NCBI RefSeq assembly: GCF_004010195.1
Contig: NC_057718.1
Location: 7,481,766-7,545,765, forward strand
DNA length: 64,000 nt
Direction: 5' to 3'
Origin: Chiloscyllium plagiosum
Taxonomy: Eukaryota
Part shown: one piece after another, positions 1-12,375 of the stretch
Numbering within the stretch: the stretch's first letter is position 1
Layout: each line of letters opens with the position of its first letter
Notes under the pieces: generated by a model
What the model was told of the DNA's origin: nothing
Seen by the model: the letters and a program-made list of their open reading frames with translations, nothing else
Database searches by the model: none
Program-made: the position numbers and the translations under genes

Positions 1-390
1 AGGCTGAGGGGTGACCTTATAGAGGTTTACAAAATTATGAGGGGCATGGATAGGATAAATAGGCAAAGTCTTTTCCCTGGGGTCAGGGAGTCCAGAACTA
101 GAGGGCATAGGTTTAGGGTGAGAGGAGAAAGATATAGAAGAGACCTAAGGGGCAACTTTTTCACGCAGAGAGTGGTACGTGTATGTAATAAGCTGCCAGA
201 GTATGTGGTGGAGGCTAGTACAATTGCAACATTTAAGAGGCATTTGGATGGGTTTATGAATAGGAAGGGTTTGGAGGGATATGGGCCGGGTGCTGGCAGG
301 TGGGACTAGATTGGGTTGGGATAGCTGGTCGGCATGGACGGGTAGGACTGAAGGGTCTGTTTCCATGCTGTACATCTCTATGACTCTATA
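1..390 (+). mobile_element. CR1/HER1-type LINE, 3' end (young subfamily, TCTATGAC tail)
   Basis: ORF 37..309 ends RTRGHRFRVRG..RGNFFTQRVVRVCNKLP..FKRHLD, the CR1 ORF2 C-terminus; 3' tail gaagggtctgtttccatgctgtacatctctatgactctat. Confidence 0.93.
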
Positions 391-544
391 TCCATAACCT
401 TAAGACATTCCACAAAACATTGTGCTTCAGGTATTGCTGCTGCAGTTAGAATGTCAGAAATGTTAGAATGTTAGAATGTCAGGTTCTCTCAAACAACAAT
501 GTGGTAATGACCGGTATTCTGACCTTCCGATATGGAGGTTTTTA

Positions 545-834
545 CAGGCCCTTGGGCCCAACAAGTCCACACCGACCCTCTGAAGACCACCCCACCCAGA
601 CCCATTCCCCTACATTTACACCTTCATCTAATACTACGCGCAATTTAGCATGGACAATTCACCTGACCTGCACATCTTTGGAATGTGGGAGGAAACTGGA
701 TCACCTGGAGGAAACCCACGCAGACACAGGGAGAATGTGTAAACTCCACACAGACAGTTGCCTGAGGCTGGAATTGAACCCGGGTCTCTAGCACTGTGAG
801 GCAGCAGTGCTAACCACTGTGCCACCGTGCCGCC
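545..834 (-). mobile_element. HE1-type tRNA-derived SINE (V-SINE)
   Basis: Minus-strand head ggcggcacggtggcacagtggttagcactgctgcctcacag (A box) and gggttcaattcc (B box); 3' part similar to the CR1 tail. Confidence 0.9.
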
Positions 835-1202
835 CATTGAAGATAAATCTCAGAATCACAGGATTGTCACAGTACAGGATGGACGTGAGGACTTCAGATG
901 CTGGAGATTAGTTGATCCACACTCTCAACAGTGCAGGATGAGACTACTCTGTCCATCATTTCTGTACTGGCTCTCCCAATGACCATCTCACTTCATGCTC
1001 TGCTTGCTCTGACTCTGTACATTCCTCCTTCCCAAGTAACTATCTCCTTCCCTACTGAATGGCTCATTGACACCAACCTACACTCCAATCTCAAGCAGTG
1101 TGTTTGCCAGCGATAACCTTTCTTCAAAATAGGGAAACATTTGTTTAACAAGCAACAGTAATTCCTGGAAATGAATTCACCTATCGTACTGCACATCTAT
1201 TG

Positions 1203-1340
1203 CCATAGCTCCAGAGGATCATAGCGCTGCCCTCTCATTGGAGAGTGATGACTGCTCATGATTTAACCTGAGGGTCACCACGCCTGATAATGAAGGGGTG
1301 GGGATTGCGTTGAGGAGGAGAGTCCTTCATGGTAACCTAG
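1203..1340 (-). mobile_element. Fragment of a further tRNA-derived SINE family (related copy with head at about 12410-12590)
   Basis: Shares tcatggtaacct and ggtcac blocks with 12410-12590, which continues into ggaattgaaccc (minus-strand B box) and ctgagctaacc (A box). Confidence 0.5.
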
Positions 1341-1671
1341 AGTGTACAGGACAAGATGGACCAGTGTGTCTCACCCACCGGGTTTACTGCAAAGAGGAAA
1401 TAAGACATCACTTTCACTGAGGTTTTAATGTACTTTTGTCTGAGAAAGGCTGAGAAGCAGCAAAATTGAAAAGCAGAAAGTAACGATGAAAATGGAGCTG
1501 GTGAATGGTGGAAAAATTGCCCAAACCTCCACTTCCTCACTTCGGCCTCCCTCCATCCTCAGTCTTCATGAGGTTCTGGCTCCATCTGCTGGACTGAGCT
1601 GGAAAATCCTTCATCGTTACTTTATCGTAACTCTGGAGCTGGAAGCCAGGGGCAAACTATCATCTCAGCTG

Positions 1672-2085
1672 CAAGTTAAAAATCACACAACGCCAGGTTA
1701 TAGTCCAACAGATTTATTTGGAAACACTAACTTTCAGAGCGCCTTTCGTTCATCATGTGGATGTGGAGTATAAGATCGTAGGATACATAATTTAGAGCAA
1801 ACATTTACAGTGTGATGTAACAAATGATATATTGAAAAAGACTTGGATTGTTTGTTAAGAGAGACTTAACAAACAATCCAAGTGTTTTTCAATGTATCAT
1901 TTCGGTTACATTATACTGTAAACTTTTGCTGTAAATTCTGTACCCTGCGAGCTTATACTCCACAACCACCTGATGTAGGAAAGGCGCTCTGAAAGTTAGT
2001 GTTTCCAAATAAACCTGTTGGACTATAACCTGGCGTTGTGTGATTTTTAACTTTGTACACCCCAGTCCAACACTGGCACCTCCAA
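1672..2085. mobile_element. Penelope-derived fold-back insert, family B (two inverted arms of about 190 bp)
   Basis: 1673-1859 is the imperfect reverse complement of 1866-2052; 13-bp TSD atcatctcagctg at 1659-1671 and 2086-2098; decayed hammerhead core near 1970-2000. Confidence 0.85.
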
Positions 2086-2189
2086 ATCATCTCAGCTGAA
2101 GTAAGCCCGACAGTGTAACATGGGAATACTGTGTAGGGAAAGGGTCTGAAGTGCTATGGGGGTGGGGCAAGGAAGGCAAAGAACTCTTA

Positions 2190-2403
2190 AGGAGCATAAC
2201 TAATTCTTCTGTAACACAATGGTTACATTCTTGCGCAACCCCATATTATAGAAGAATTGCACTGTAGAAACAGTGTTTGAATTGTTGGTGCTGTAATCAT
2301 GTTACAGTCATCACACATAAAAGTTTGTGCTTTTGAAACAGTGTCAATTACATTCCAGTGAATTTGCATTGATGAAACATGCGTTAAGACAGAACAACCT
2401 GTA
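2190..2403. mobile_element. Possible decayed Tc1/mariner (Tigger-like) MITE
   Basis: Internal inverted blocks ttcttctgtaac / ttatagaagaa; right end cctgta. Family assignment is from recall only. Confidence 0.35.
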
Positions 2404-2474
2404 GACAGGTTCTTGATTAGTGAGGGGGGTAGGTATTACAGAGTGGAGGCTGGAGAACGGGGTTGAGAAATATG

Positions 2475-3038
2475 TTTGATGTGATATGATTTATTATTGT
2501 CATGTGTACCTAGATACAGTGAAAGGTTTTGATTTGCATGCAGTACAGGCAGATCATACCATACAAAGTGCATTAGGGTAATAGAACAGAGCGAGGAATA
2601 CAACGTTACAGCTGCAGAGAAGGTGCACAGAAAGCGAGATCAACATTAAGTTTAAAATTTGAGAGAGCCACTCAGAGGTCTGATAGCAGCAGGGTAAAAG
2701 CTGTTCTTGAATCGGTTGGTATGTGTGTTTAAGCGTTTGTATCTTCGGCCCAATGGAAGAGGTTGGAAGAGATTATAACCGGGGTGGGAGGGGTCTTTGA
2801 TGATGTTGGCTGTGTTCCCGAGGCTGTGGGAAGTGTGGATGGAGTCAATGGGTGGAAGGTTGACTTGTGTATTGCACTGGGCTGTGTTCACAGCTCTCTG
2901 TGGTTCTGGGCAGAGTATTTACCATATTGGGCTGTAATGCATCCAGATAGAATGCTTTCTATGGTCCATCTATAAAAATTGGTAAGAGATTTAATGGACA
3001 TGCTGAGTTTCCTTAGCCTTCTGAGGAAGTAGAGGCGG
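2475..3038 (-). mobile_element. Rex1/Babar-type LINE, 3' end
   Basis: ORF 2652..2891(-) IIKDPSHPGYNLFQPLPLGRRYK..TNRFKNSFYPAAIR is the typical Rex-Babar C-terminus; 3' UTR shared with 18445-18900. Confidence 0.8.
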
Positions 3039-4767
3039 TGGAGCAGATTTGATGGATCAAATGGGCTAATTCTGCTCCTTTATCTTATGGTGTTATGGTG
3101 TATCCTGGGCTCTGGCCCCATTGGGGATCAGACTGGACTAGTGGATGAAGGATTGGGTTCCGGGGAGGATGAGTTGGGTGAGGGATGTTTGAGGCAGTGG
3201 TTCAAGGGGGAGCATGTTTCCAACCCATCTGGATCTGGCATCTTTCGTGACTGGAGGTTAATCTCCAGCACATGCCAGATGAAAATGCCAAGGCTTTTGT
3301 AAGTAAATCCATGCCAACTTTAAAAAAATACACTTGTTTAATAGGAACACTTAGATTTTACACCAGTCAGGAGTAATTGGACAAAGCTGTGGCCTTTTCT
3401 CCAGAGAAGAATAGGTGGGTGAGGTACCCCGATAGAGGACTTTAAGGTTATAAAAGTGTTTGATGGGGAAGATATTTCCTTTATTGGAGGAAGGATCAAT
3501 GAGGGGAAGACAGAATTCAAACCACGGGCTACTGAGAGAAGGCAATCACTGATAAATCCGGTCGGGAATTCAGGAAAAACAATTTCACCCAGAGAGTGGT
3601 GAAAATGTCCAACTCACTACCAAGGAGTGGTTGAGGTGAATGTATTGATGCAGTTCAAGGGAGGCTACAGAAAGGAATAGAAGATTATAGTGTAATGGTT
3701 CAATGAATTTGTGACAGGGGCATAAACATTGATGTGAGCAATTCACATTAATGATAAAGCATTGACTTCTGAATATCTGAGACTATTGTGGACTGAAAAG
3801 CTAATAGAAAAGTAAAACGCTGACTTGTAAATTGGTGCAGTGATCACTTGGCCCCAGGTTGAGCCAGGCTTTGTGAAATCACCAATAAACATGATTCCAG
3901 TTTGGACTGAAATTAACATCCTTATCAAAAGAAGGCTGAAGCCAGCTAGACATGAAAAAGCCCATAACTCCTGTTTAATTTACACCTTTATGAGAAGTTC
4001 CCAAATTGGAGATAAAACATCATCGCTTATAGTTAGCCAGCTTGGAGACAATGAATCCAGATACAGGAATCACAAAAGGGCTACATTTCATGCAAATACT
4101 TCAGCAGCACTAGGGATATGAAGTTCTGACGAGAATTGGAGAAGGCATTCTCTTTCTCCCTCTCAGAAAGGATAAAGCAACCGGTGACTAAATAAATTTC
4201 AAAGGGCAAAGGTTAAGCATGTGATACTCAGGTCTAGAAATTAAGGAAAATGAAGGGTGACCTTATTGGAGCATATGAAGTTCTGGAGGGGCTTTACAAT
4301 GTAGATGTTGAGATAATGTTCCCCTCATGTGGGCATCTAGAACTAGACAGCACATTTTGGCAATAAGGAGTCTCCCAAAAAGATAAAGAAGCAGAGGAAT
4401 TTCTCAGAGAGTCTTTCGTGTTTGGAATTCTCTTTCTCAGACTTCAGTGAAGGTTGTGTTATTGATTATATTCAAGGTTGAGTTGGACAGTTTTAATTGA
4501 CAAGGAAGTTCAGGATTAATGTCAGACAGGCAGGCAAAAGGAGTTAAAGAACCAATCAGCAACTATCTTATTAAATGGTCTACGTCTGCTCCTATTTCTT
4601 ATGGTCGTTTGACAGACAGATAAAGATTAAGTTCTCCAACCAGACTGTCCCATGATGTTGTGACGTTTCGGGTATCATAGGACAGACATTGGGCATGTGA
4701 GTCTCCATTGGTAGTTCTCTCACCTCTTATTCTGAGGATTCAGGGCTCAAGTAACAGGGCTCAAATA

Positions 4768-5065
4768 ACTGCTGCCTCACAGCGCCAGAGACCCGGGTTC
4801 AATTCCCGCCTCAGGTGACTGACTGTGTGGAGTTTGCACATTCTCCCCGTGTCTGCATGGGTTTCCTCCGGGTGCTGCGGTTTCCTCCCACAGTCCAAAG
4901 ATGTGCAGGCCAGGTGAATTGGCCATGCTAAATTGCCCATTGTGTTAGGTGAAGGGGTAAATGAAGCGGTGTGGATAGGTTGCGCTTCGGCAGGTCGGTG
5001 TGAACTTGTTGGGCCGAAGGGTCTGTTTCCAAACTGTAAGTAATCTAATCTAATCTAATCTAATC
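4768..5065 (+). mobile_element. HE1-type SINE, slightly 5'-truncated, (TAATC)n tail
   Basis: actgctgcctcacagcgccagagacccgggttcaattccc head; gggccgaagggtctgtttcc; taatc repeats at 5041-5065. Confidence 0.92.
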
Positions 5066-5242
5066 TGGACAATATCCAAGGTTGGCTGAAAAGTGGCAAA
5101 TAACATTCACACCTCACAAATACCAGGCAATGACCATCTTCAGTAAGACACAATCTAATCACTGCCCCCTTGACAGTCAATGGTGTTACCATCACTGAAT
5201 CCCCCACCATCAGCATCCTGGGAGTTAGCATTGACTAGAATC

Positions 5243-5355
5243 CTGATGAAGCACTTCTGCCCAAAACATTGATTTTCCTGCTCCTCAGATGCTGCCTGAC
5301 CTGCTGTGCTTTTCCAGCACCACGCTCTCGACTCTAATCTCCACCATCTGCAGTC
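5243..5355 (+). mobile_element. Penelope-derived short insert, family A
   Basis: 8-bp TSD ctagaatc at 5235-5242 and 5356-5363; starts exactly at ctgatgaa; body gatgctgcctgacctgctgtgcttttccagcac. Confidence 0.85.
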
Positions 5356-5753
5356 CTAGAATCTCAACTAACACAGTGGCAGCAAGAGCAGTCAGTAGCT
5401 GGGAATACTGTGGTGAGTAAGTCACCCCCTGGTTCCCTGAAGTCTGTCCATCATCTACAAGTCTGGAATGTGATGGAATACTCCCCACTTGCCCTGGATG
5501 GGTGCAGTTCTGGCAACACTCAAGAAGCTCAACACCATCCAGGACAAAGCGGTCTGTTTGATTGGCACCACATCCACTCCCTCCACCATCATCGCTCAGT
5601 AGCAGCAGTGTGAACCACCTACAAGATGCATTGCAGAAATTCACTGAAGATGCTCAGACACGAACATCCAAACCCACAAACATTTTCATCTAGAAGGACA
5701 AAGGCAGCATCTACTTGGCAACACCACACCCTGCAAGTTCCTGTCCAAGCAAC

Positions 5754-8700
5754 TGTTATGACCCGGCTGTGAACCCTTCTGCTAATTAAACCAAACACCC
5801 AGAAAAGCTCACCTCACATCGTACTGTATTAAGGTATGAGTGACAGAGAACTCACCAAATTTCACAATGTAAAGAAAATAAAATCAATTTATTCTTTAAC
5901 ACTAAAAGTGAGCACTAAATAACAACTATTCACAACTCAAAGCCATCTTTCTTTAAACTATTTATTATCTGCCTCCAATTCTGCCAACAATATGCTGTTC
6001 CAATAAAACTCTTATTAAAATTACATCAACTTAATTTCAAAACCACGCAGTGGCTGTCATCTTCGGTGTCTGACTTCTTCTATCTGAAGATCTCCCTGGA
6101 CCATCTTTCTTTTTACTGCAAATATGTTTCATATGAAAACGTCCCTTTGATTGAGAGTGCTTCCTATTTTGTTGGATCTGTGTAGATGACAGTTGCTCTG
6201 TCTGATTTCCAAAATGCTTGCATTTTTATATCCACAACATTGGATCAACTCATTGGTTCGATGCTGGCAAAACAATAAATTCAAACTTAGAGTCATAGAG
6301 ATGTACAGCACGGAAACAGACCCTTCAGTCCAACTCGTCCATGCTGACCAGATATTCCAACCCAATCTAGTCCCACCTGCCAGCACCTGGCCCACAGCCC
6401 TCCAAATCCTTCCTATTCATATACCCATCCAAATGCCTCTTAAATGTTGCAATTGTACCAGCCTCCACCACTTCCACTGGCAGNNNNNNNNNNNNNNNNN
6501 NNNNNNNNNCCTCCAACCCTGGCAACATCCTTGTAAATCTTTTCTGAACCCTTTCAAGTTTCACAACATCTTTCCGATAGGAAGGAGACCAGAATTGCAC
6601 ACAATATTCCAACAGTGGCCTAACCAATGTCCTGTCCAGCAGCAACATGACCTCTCAACTCCTGTACTCAATACACTGACCGATAAAGGAAAGCATACCA
6701 AACGCCTTCTTCACTATCCAATCCACTTGCGACTCCACTTTCAAGGAGCTATGAACCTGCAGTCCATGGTCTCTTTGTTCAGCAACGCTCCCTATGACCT
6801 TACCATTACGTGTATAAGTCTTGCTAAGACTTGCTTTCCCAAAATGCAGCACCTCGTATTTATCTGAATTAAACTCCATCTGCCACTTCTCAGCCCATTG
6901 GCCCATCTGGTCAAGATCCTGTTGGAATCTGAGGTAACCCTCTTTGCTGTCCACTCGGTGTCATTCAGCAAACTTACTAACTGTACCTCTTATGTTCACA
7001 TCCAAATCAATTATATAAATGATCAGCTTCTGAGAGCAAGCAAATTGGATATGAATCACATTTGCAGAAAATTCCTATTTGTATTAATTTAACAAAACCA
7101 GTTTAAAACAAATGGCATTGGTTGTTCGAAGAAAACTGAGAAACATCCATGCAACACTCTGAAACAATGCACTGCAAATAACGCATAGAGAAATTTCAAC
7201 CGAATATGGCACTGTTTTCAATAATTTTACAGCTATTAGAAATGGAATACAGACTACACGGATTAATTTTATTAAGGGTTGGGACAGCTGCAAAGATGGG
7301 CATACTTAGGCTGAATTTAAAGTAAATTCCTATTCCAGCCGCGTTTGAGAGAGAATGTGCAATGGAATCCATGGTTTCAAAGCTTGTATTTTCTTTATTC
7401 AGACAGAACATAACTGGAACTGAGGCAGAAACTTCAGATAACAAAGAGAAACTGAATCTTTAGGTTGAAGAAACTAAAATGTAAAATGGAATTTCAGGTG
7501 TGCAGAGAAATTGGCAATGGTGGAAAGCAGACTTTTTACTTTAAAAATGCTTATCAAGCTTAGATCCCAGTGGTTCGGTGCATGCAAGCTGCAGATAGTA
7601 ACAGGTGCCAGGAGATAGCAGTAGACAAATACACAACAACTGCTGCAGCTGTTTTGATTACTTAGACTTTGGTCTTGATTGCCTGAATTAACCACTGCAT
7701 TCAGAATGAAGGGGCTTCTGCAAACATGTGTGTTGTTGGTGAATGCCATGACTTGTTGTTGGTTGGAGATCAGACTAAGCAAGCTGGCATTTGAAGAGGA
7801 AATTCACAGCACTGAAGGGCTTTAGGACTTGGAAAATAGACAATACGTGTGGAGTGAACCATCTATTAAATCTGTGACATCTACCTTTCTTGTATGTTAG
7901 TGCTGTCAGGAAATAACTTTTCGATCGACTGCAATTTGCCTAATTCAAGTGTAATCTCAATAAATTGATCCCAACAAGAAAACCAAAAATCAGTCAGTTT
8001 TGTTTGTTATGATTTGGTGGAAGCCAAAGATCTGACTTCTGGGCCAGAAGGTCCAGATTCAAGTCCTTCTGACCTGAATGTGTCACAACGTGTCCAAACA
8101 AGGTGACTGAAATATCTCTGGGGCAAATGACGATGGGTGAATGTAGACTTCATTAAAAATGCTACTCAAGCTCAGTTCCCAGTAATGCAATACCAGATAC
8201 AATGAAAATGGGGAAATATTCCCAATAATATTTAAAATCAACCTGTTCAGAGAAGTTATGACACAATATATAGTTTTAAAAAAAGTTAAATTGATAAGAA
8301 TGCTATGATTAAGAGGCTTCACATCCCCATGACCGAAGCAATACAAAAATTTACTAATGTATGAAGATAGCTTATGACATTTTGACAACTGAAACAGAAA
8401 ACCTGCTTAACATTTTAATACTGACATATTACTGACTTGTTAGACAATTTACAATCCTTTCAAATTCTAATCTGTATTATTAAAGTGCACTGTTCACACA
8501 TTCAACTAATATGGCTCAACAGAAGATAATGCATTAGGAAATGAGAAGCCCAAAGCCCATAAAGGTGTTCAAAACTGGAAACATTTTAATGGTTAAGTTT
8601 AAAATCAACTTAGTATGCATGTTGGAGAGAAGCATATCATAATTATTCCATCAATTGTTAGTTATATGATATACATAACAGATAATGTTGTTGATTCGGT

Positions 8701-8921
8701 TTTAGTATCTTGGGGCATAATTTAAACTGATTGGTTACATTTGAATTGTTGTCAAAACAACAACCAACTTAGGTATCCATTTCACAGTCAAATGTTACAT
8801 ATTTTAAATTTTCCAGTACGTTCTGACTGCTATCTGGTCATCACAGGTGCTGTCAGCTCTTAATCCAGAACAGCATTCACTCTCTCTTAAAGGTACAGTT
8901 CACACCTTCAACAACATAACA
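5754..8921 (-). mobile_element. LTR-like element (TGTTATG..CATAACA, 4-bp TSD) containing a CR1 and unexplained sequence
   Basis: 7-bp terminal inverted repeat; TSD caac at 5750-5753 and 8922-8925; on the minus strand two CCAAT (about 6238-6256), TATAAAA (about 6222-6229) and AATAAA (about 5887-5892) occur in U3-R-U5 order. Confidence 0.7.
6288..7021 (-). mobile_element. CR1/HER1-type LINE, 5'-truncated, with assembly gap 6484-6509
   Basis: ORFs 6655..6954(-) QQDLDQMGQWAEKWQMEFNSDK and 6367..6648(-) LVRPLLEYCVQFWSP; tail at 6288-6310. Confidence 0.93.
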
Positions 8922-9251
8922 CAACTCACCAACCTAACTTGGAAATGTATTGCCTTTCCTTCAGTGTTGCTGGGTCAAAGTCCTTGAATTCCCTCCCTAA
9001 CAACGTTGTGGGTCAACCTACAACACATGGGCTGCAGTGGTTCACAAAGACAACTCACAACCACCCTCTCAAAGGGGGAAATTAGGGACGGGCAATAAAT
9101 GCTAGCAATGTTCATAAATGAATTGAACGAATATCACATCAAAACACTTTCTTCTCAACAGAATACTTTTGAAGTTCCCCGATAGAACCACAGTATTTGC
9201 AAATATCAAGCACTCACAAACAGCAACATGATAATGGTCAATTCATCTGTT

Positions 9252-9835
9252 TATGTGGAAGAATTGGAAAAGGTGCAAAGGAGATTTACCAGGATGTTGC
9301 CTGGTCTGAAGAGAAGGTCTTATGAGGAAAGGCTGAGAGACTTGGGTCTGTTCTCATTGGCAAGAAGAAGGCTAAGAGGGGATTTCATAGAGACATACAA
9401 GATGGTTAGACGATTAGATAGAGTAGGCAGTGAAATCCTTTTTCCTAGGAGGATGACGTCAGCTTGAACGAGGGGGCATAACTACAAATTGAGAGGTGCT
9501 AGATTTAAGACAGATGTCAGAGACAGGTTCTTTACTCAGAGAGTGGTAAGGGCGTGAATGTCCTACCTGCTAATGTAGTTAACTCAGCCACATTAGGGAG
9601 ATTTAAACAGTCCTTCGATAAGCATTTTAATGATGACAGGATAGTGTAGGAGGATGAGCTGAGAATAGTTCACAGGTCAGCGCAACATTGAGCACCTGTT
9701 CTGCGCTGTATTGTTCTATGTTCTATGTTCTATGTTCTATGTTCTATGCTCTATGTTCTATGTTCTATGTTCTATGTTCTATGTTCTATATTCTATGTTC
9801 TATGTTCTATGTTCTATGTTCTATATTCTATGTTC
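9252..9835 (+). mobile_element. CR1 LINE 3' end (second subfamily) whose tail expanded into a (GTTCTAT)n microsatellite at about 9713-9835
   Basis: ORF 9228..9467 LEKVQRRFTRMLPGL..ERLRDLGLFSL; 3' UTR matches 39170-39251; about 17 copies of a 7-bp unit. Confidence 0.92.
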
Positions 9836-9844
9836 TTATCATGG

Positions 9845-10100
9845 TGTTGCCTGAGGGATAAATACTGATACAGAACACTGTAGATAGCTCCTCTGCTCTC
9901 CTTCCAACTATGCAATAGTATCCTTTACATCATCCTGAGAAGGCAGACAGACCCTTAGCTTAATGCCTCACTCTAAGGGCAGCATTTCCAGTGGTGTAAC
10001 ACTCCCTCCCCACTGCTGACTTAATGTAGTAACATCTCTGGAGTAAGGAATGAGCACTTAATTTCTGACTCAGAGTCAATGCACTCCATTATACCACACC
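9845..10100 (-). mobile_element. DeuSINE-like (SacSINE1-type) decayed SINE; related pieces at about 13480-13600(+), 18290-18440(-), 41975-42200(-), 57430-57820(-)
   Basis: Minus strand reads gggagtgttacac..gaggcattaagc..tctgtctgccttctcagg..taaaggatac..ggaagga gagcagaggag..tatttatccctcaggcaaca, resembling the recalled Deu central domain. Confidence 0.6.
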
Positions 10101-10124
10101 TGACAAGTAATTAGCGGAAGACAT

Positions 10125-10580
10125 AGAGTCATTCAGCACAGAAACAGACCCATTGGCCCAACTCGACCATGTTTTGTGAACTGAGCTAATCCCATTTGCT
10201 TGTATTTGGCCCACATCCCTCTAAACCCTTCCTATTCAAGGAGCTGTCCAAATGTCCTTTAAATGTTGTAATTGAACCCATCTCCACCACTTCTTCTGGC
10301 ACCTTATTCCATACACGCACCACACTCTATGTGAATAAGTTACCCCTCAGGTCTCCTTTAAATCTTTCCGCTCTCATGTTAAACCTACACCCTCTAGTTT
10401 TGGACTCCCCCACTCTGGGGAAAAGACCTTGGTTATTCAGCTCATCACTGTCCCCCCATGACTTTATAAACCTCTATAAGGTCACCCCTCAGCCTCCAAC
10501 ACTCAAGGAACAAAAGCTTCAGCCTGTTTAGCCTCTCCCTGTAGCTCAACCCTCTGATTCTGCCAACATTTTGGTAAAAA
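10125..10580 (-). mobile_element. CR1 LINE 3' end, moderately diverged
   Basis: Reverse complement of the 1-390 element (aaacctctataaggtcacccctcagcctc, ccatacacgcaccac). Confidence 0.88.
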
Positions 10581-10713
10581 GCAAGGCTTGACTACTTAAC
10601 CTCTGACCCAAGAGTCTAGAATACAATCAGTTGTGCTGCAGCTGACATTTGGATGCAGAAATGGACAGGAGAAATTAGAGGGTCACGGGATATAGAGAGG
10701 ATCATAGAATCCC

Positions 10714-11213
10714 NNNNNNNNNNNNNNNNNNNNNNNNNNNNNNNNNNNNNNNNNNNNNNNNNNNNNNNNNNNNNNNNNNNNNNNNNNNNNNNNNNNNNNN
10801 NNNNNNNNNNNNNNNNNNNNNNNNNNNNNNNNNNNNNNNNNNNNNNNNNNNNNNNNNNNNNNNNNNNNNNNNNNNNNNNNNNNNNNNNNNNNNNNNNNNN
10901 NNNNNNNNNNNNNNNNNNNNNNNNNNNNNNNNNNNNNNNNNNNNNNNNNNNNNNNNNNNNNNNNNNNNNNNNNNNNNNNNNNNNNNNNNNNNNNNNNNNN
11001 NNNNNNNNNNNNNNNNNNNNNNNNNNNNNNNNNNNNNNNNNNNNNNNNNNNNNNNNNNNNNNNNNNNNNNNNNNNNNNNNNNNNNNNNNNNNNNNNNNNN
11101 NNNNNNNNNNNNNNNNNNNNNNNNNNNNNNNNNNNNNNNNNNNNNNNNNNNNNNNNNNNNNNNNNNNNNNNNNNNNNNNNNNNNNNNNNNNNNNNNNNNN
11201 NNNNNNNNNNNNN
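10714..11213. other. Assembly gap (N run)
   Basis: 500 N. Confidence 1.
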
Positions 11214-11274
11214 ACCACTGTTCTCCTAAAAAATAAAAGGTATGCTTGAATTCACTATCTTTTCCTATTCATTC

Positions 11275-11465
11275 ACAGACTGTAGGTGTTGCGAGGTGGG
11301 CCAGTATTCATTGTTCATCCCTAACTGTCCAGGAGGAGGCAGTGGTGAGCTGACTTTTTCAACTGCTGCAGCCCTTCTGGTGTAGAGACACCCAGAATGC
11401 TTTAGAAAAGGGTTCAACGATTTTGACCCAGTCACAGTGAAAGAATGGCGACATATTTCCAATAT
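11275..11465 (-). mobile_element. L2/CR1-group LINE 3' end
   Basis: Reverse complement of 8930-9125 (gattttgacccag..cagtgaaagaatggcgacatatttcca). Confidence 0.7.
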
Positions 11466-11779
11466 ATATCTGTGGTGCGAGGTCGGCAGTTGCTCAGAAT
11501 CAATAATCCCCCTTAATAGGCAACTCACTGTTGCTGAGCAAGAAACTCACCTCAACACCTGGCAGTTGTAAAAAAGATGCAATGAGTTATTCCCAACAAA
11601 TCGATAAACCTTGCTGAACATGGTTCTGGCATATTTCTTGTTATAATCCAAGTCATTCAAAGCCAAAACAAATTCCACTCTCCACAGATGCTGCCAGACA
11701 TTTCCAGCCTCTCTGTACTTTGGACACCAGCCCTTGAATGGCCTCGCTTAATTGAACCTTAGTTTCTTTATTCTTTGAC

Positions 11780-12375
11780 AGGTTTCACTGGCAAGGCCAG
11801 TGCTTATTGTCCATCTCTAATTGCCCTGGAACAGAATGGCTTACTGGACTATATCAGAGGGCATTTATGAGTTAACTACATTGTTGTGGGTCTGGAGTCA
11901 CATGTAGGCCTGACCAGAGAATGATAGCAAATTTCCTTCCCTAAAGGACATGAGAGAGCCAGATGGGTTCTTTTTTCTAAGAATAGAATCCCTACACTGT
12001 GGAAGCTGGCCATTCAGCCCATCAAGTCTACATTGACCCTCCGAAGAGTGCCCCATCCAGGCCCGCCTCTCCCTATCCTATCCCTGTAACCCCACATTCA
12101 GCATGGCCAATTCACCTAACCTATGCATCTTTGGACTATGGGAGGAAACTGGAGCATCCAGAGGAAACCCACACAGACACGGGGAGAATGTGCAAACTCC
12201 ACACAGACAGTCACCCAAGGCTGGAATCAAACTCAGGACCCTGGCGCTGTGAGGCAGCAGTGCTAATCAGTGTGCCACTGTGCCAACCGTTTTGTGACAA
12301 TGTTTGTGATCAGCAGCACGATATCTGGATTAATTCATTGAATTTAAATTGCTCCAGCTGCCATGGTGGGTTTGG
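11780..12375 (-). mobile_element. tRNA-headed SINE with L2-like tail, interrupted by an HE1 SINE at about 11984-12290(-)
   Basis: tgtgggtctggagtcacatgtaggcc..tttccttccctaaaggaca matches the 26545-27160 family; the HE1 copy shows ctgtgaggcagcagtgcta. Confidence 0.78.

Larger units (their letters stand above)
5066..9125 (+). mobile_element. L2/CR1-group LINE 3' portion, split into 5066-5753 and 8922-9125 by later insertions
   Basis: Frameshifted VMEYSPLA..TIQDKA..IHSLHHHRSVAAV..YKMHCRNS; ccaagcaac(5753) resumes at caactcaccaacctaacttggaaat(8922); 3' end gggcaataaatgct..atgaat. Confidence 0.78.

Noticed and set aside
1672..2085. Fold-back elements as DNA-transposon MITEs or pre-miRNAs
   Set aside because: Arms are asymmetric (only one has the 3' tail), TSD lengths vary from 8 to 16 bp, and related families continue into Penelope GIY-YIG coding sequence.
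8817..8892. Apparent 76-bp exon (ttttccag..aag|gtacag)
   Set aside because: Lies in the terminal part of the LTR-like element; the peptide is not recognisable.
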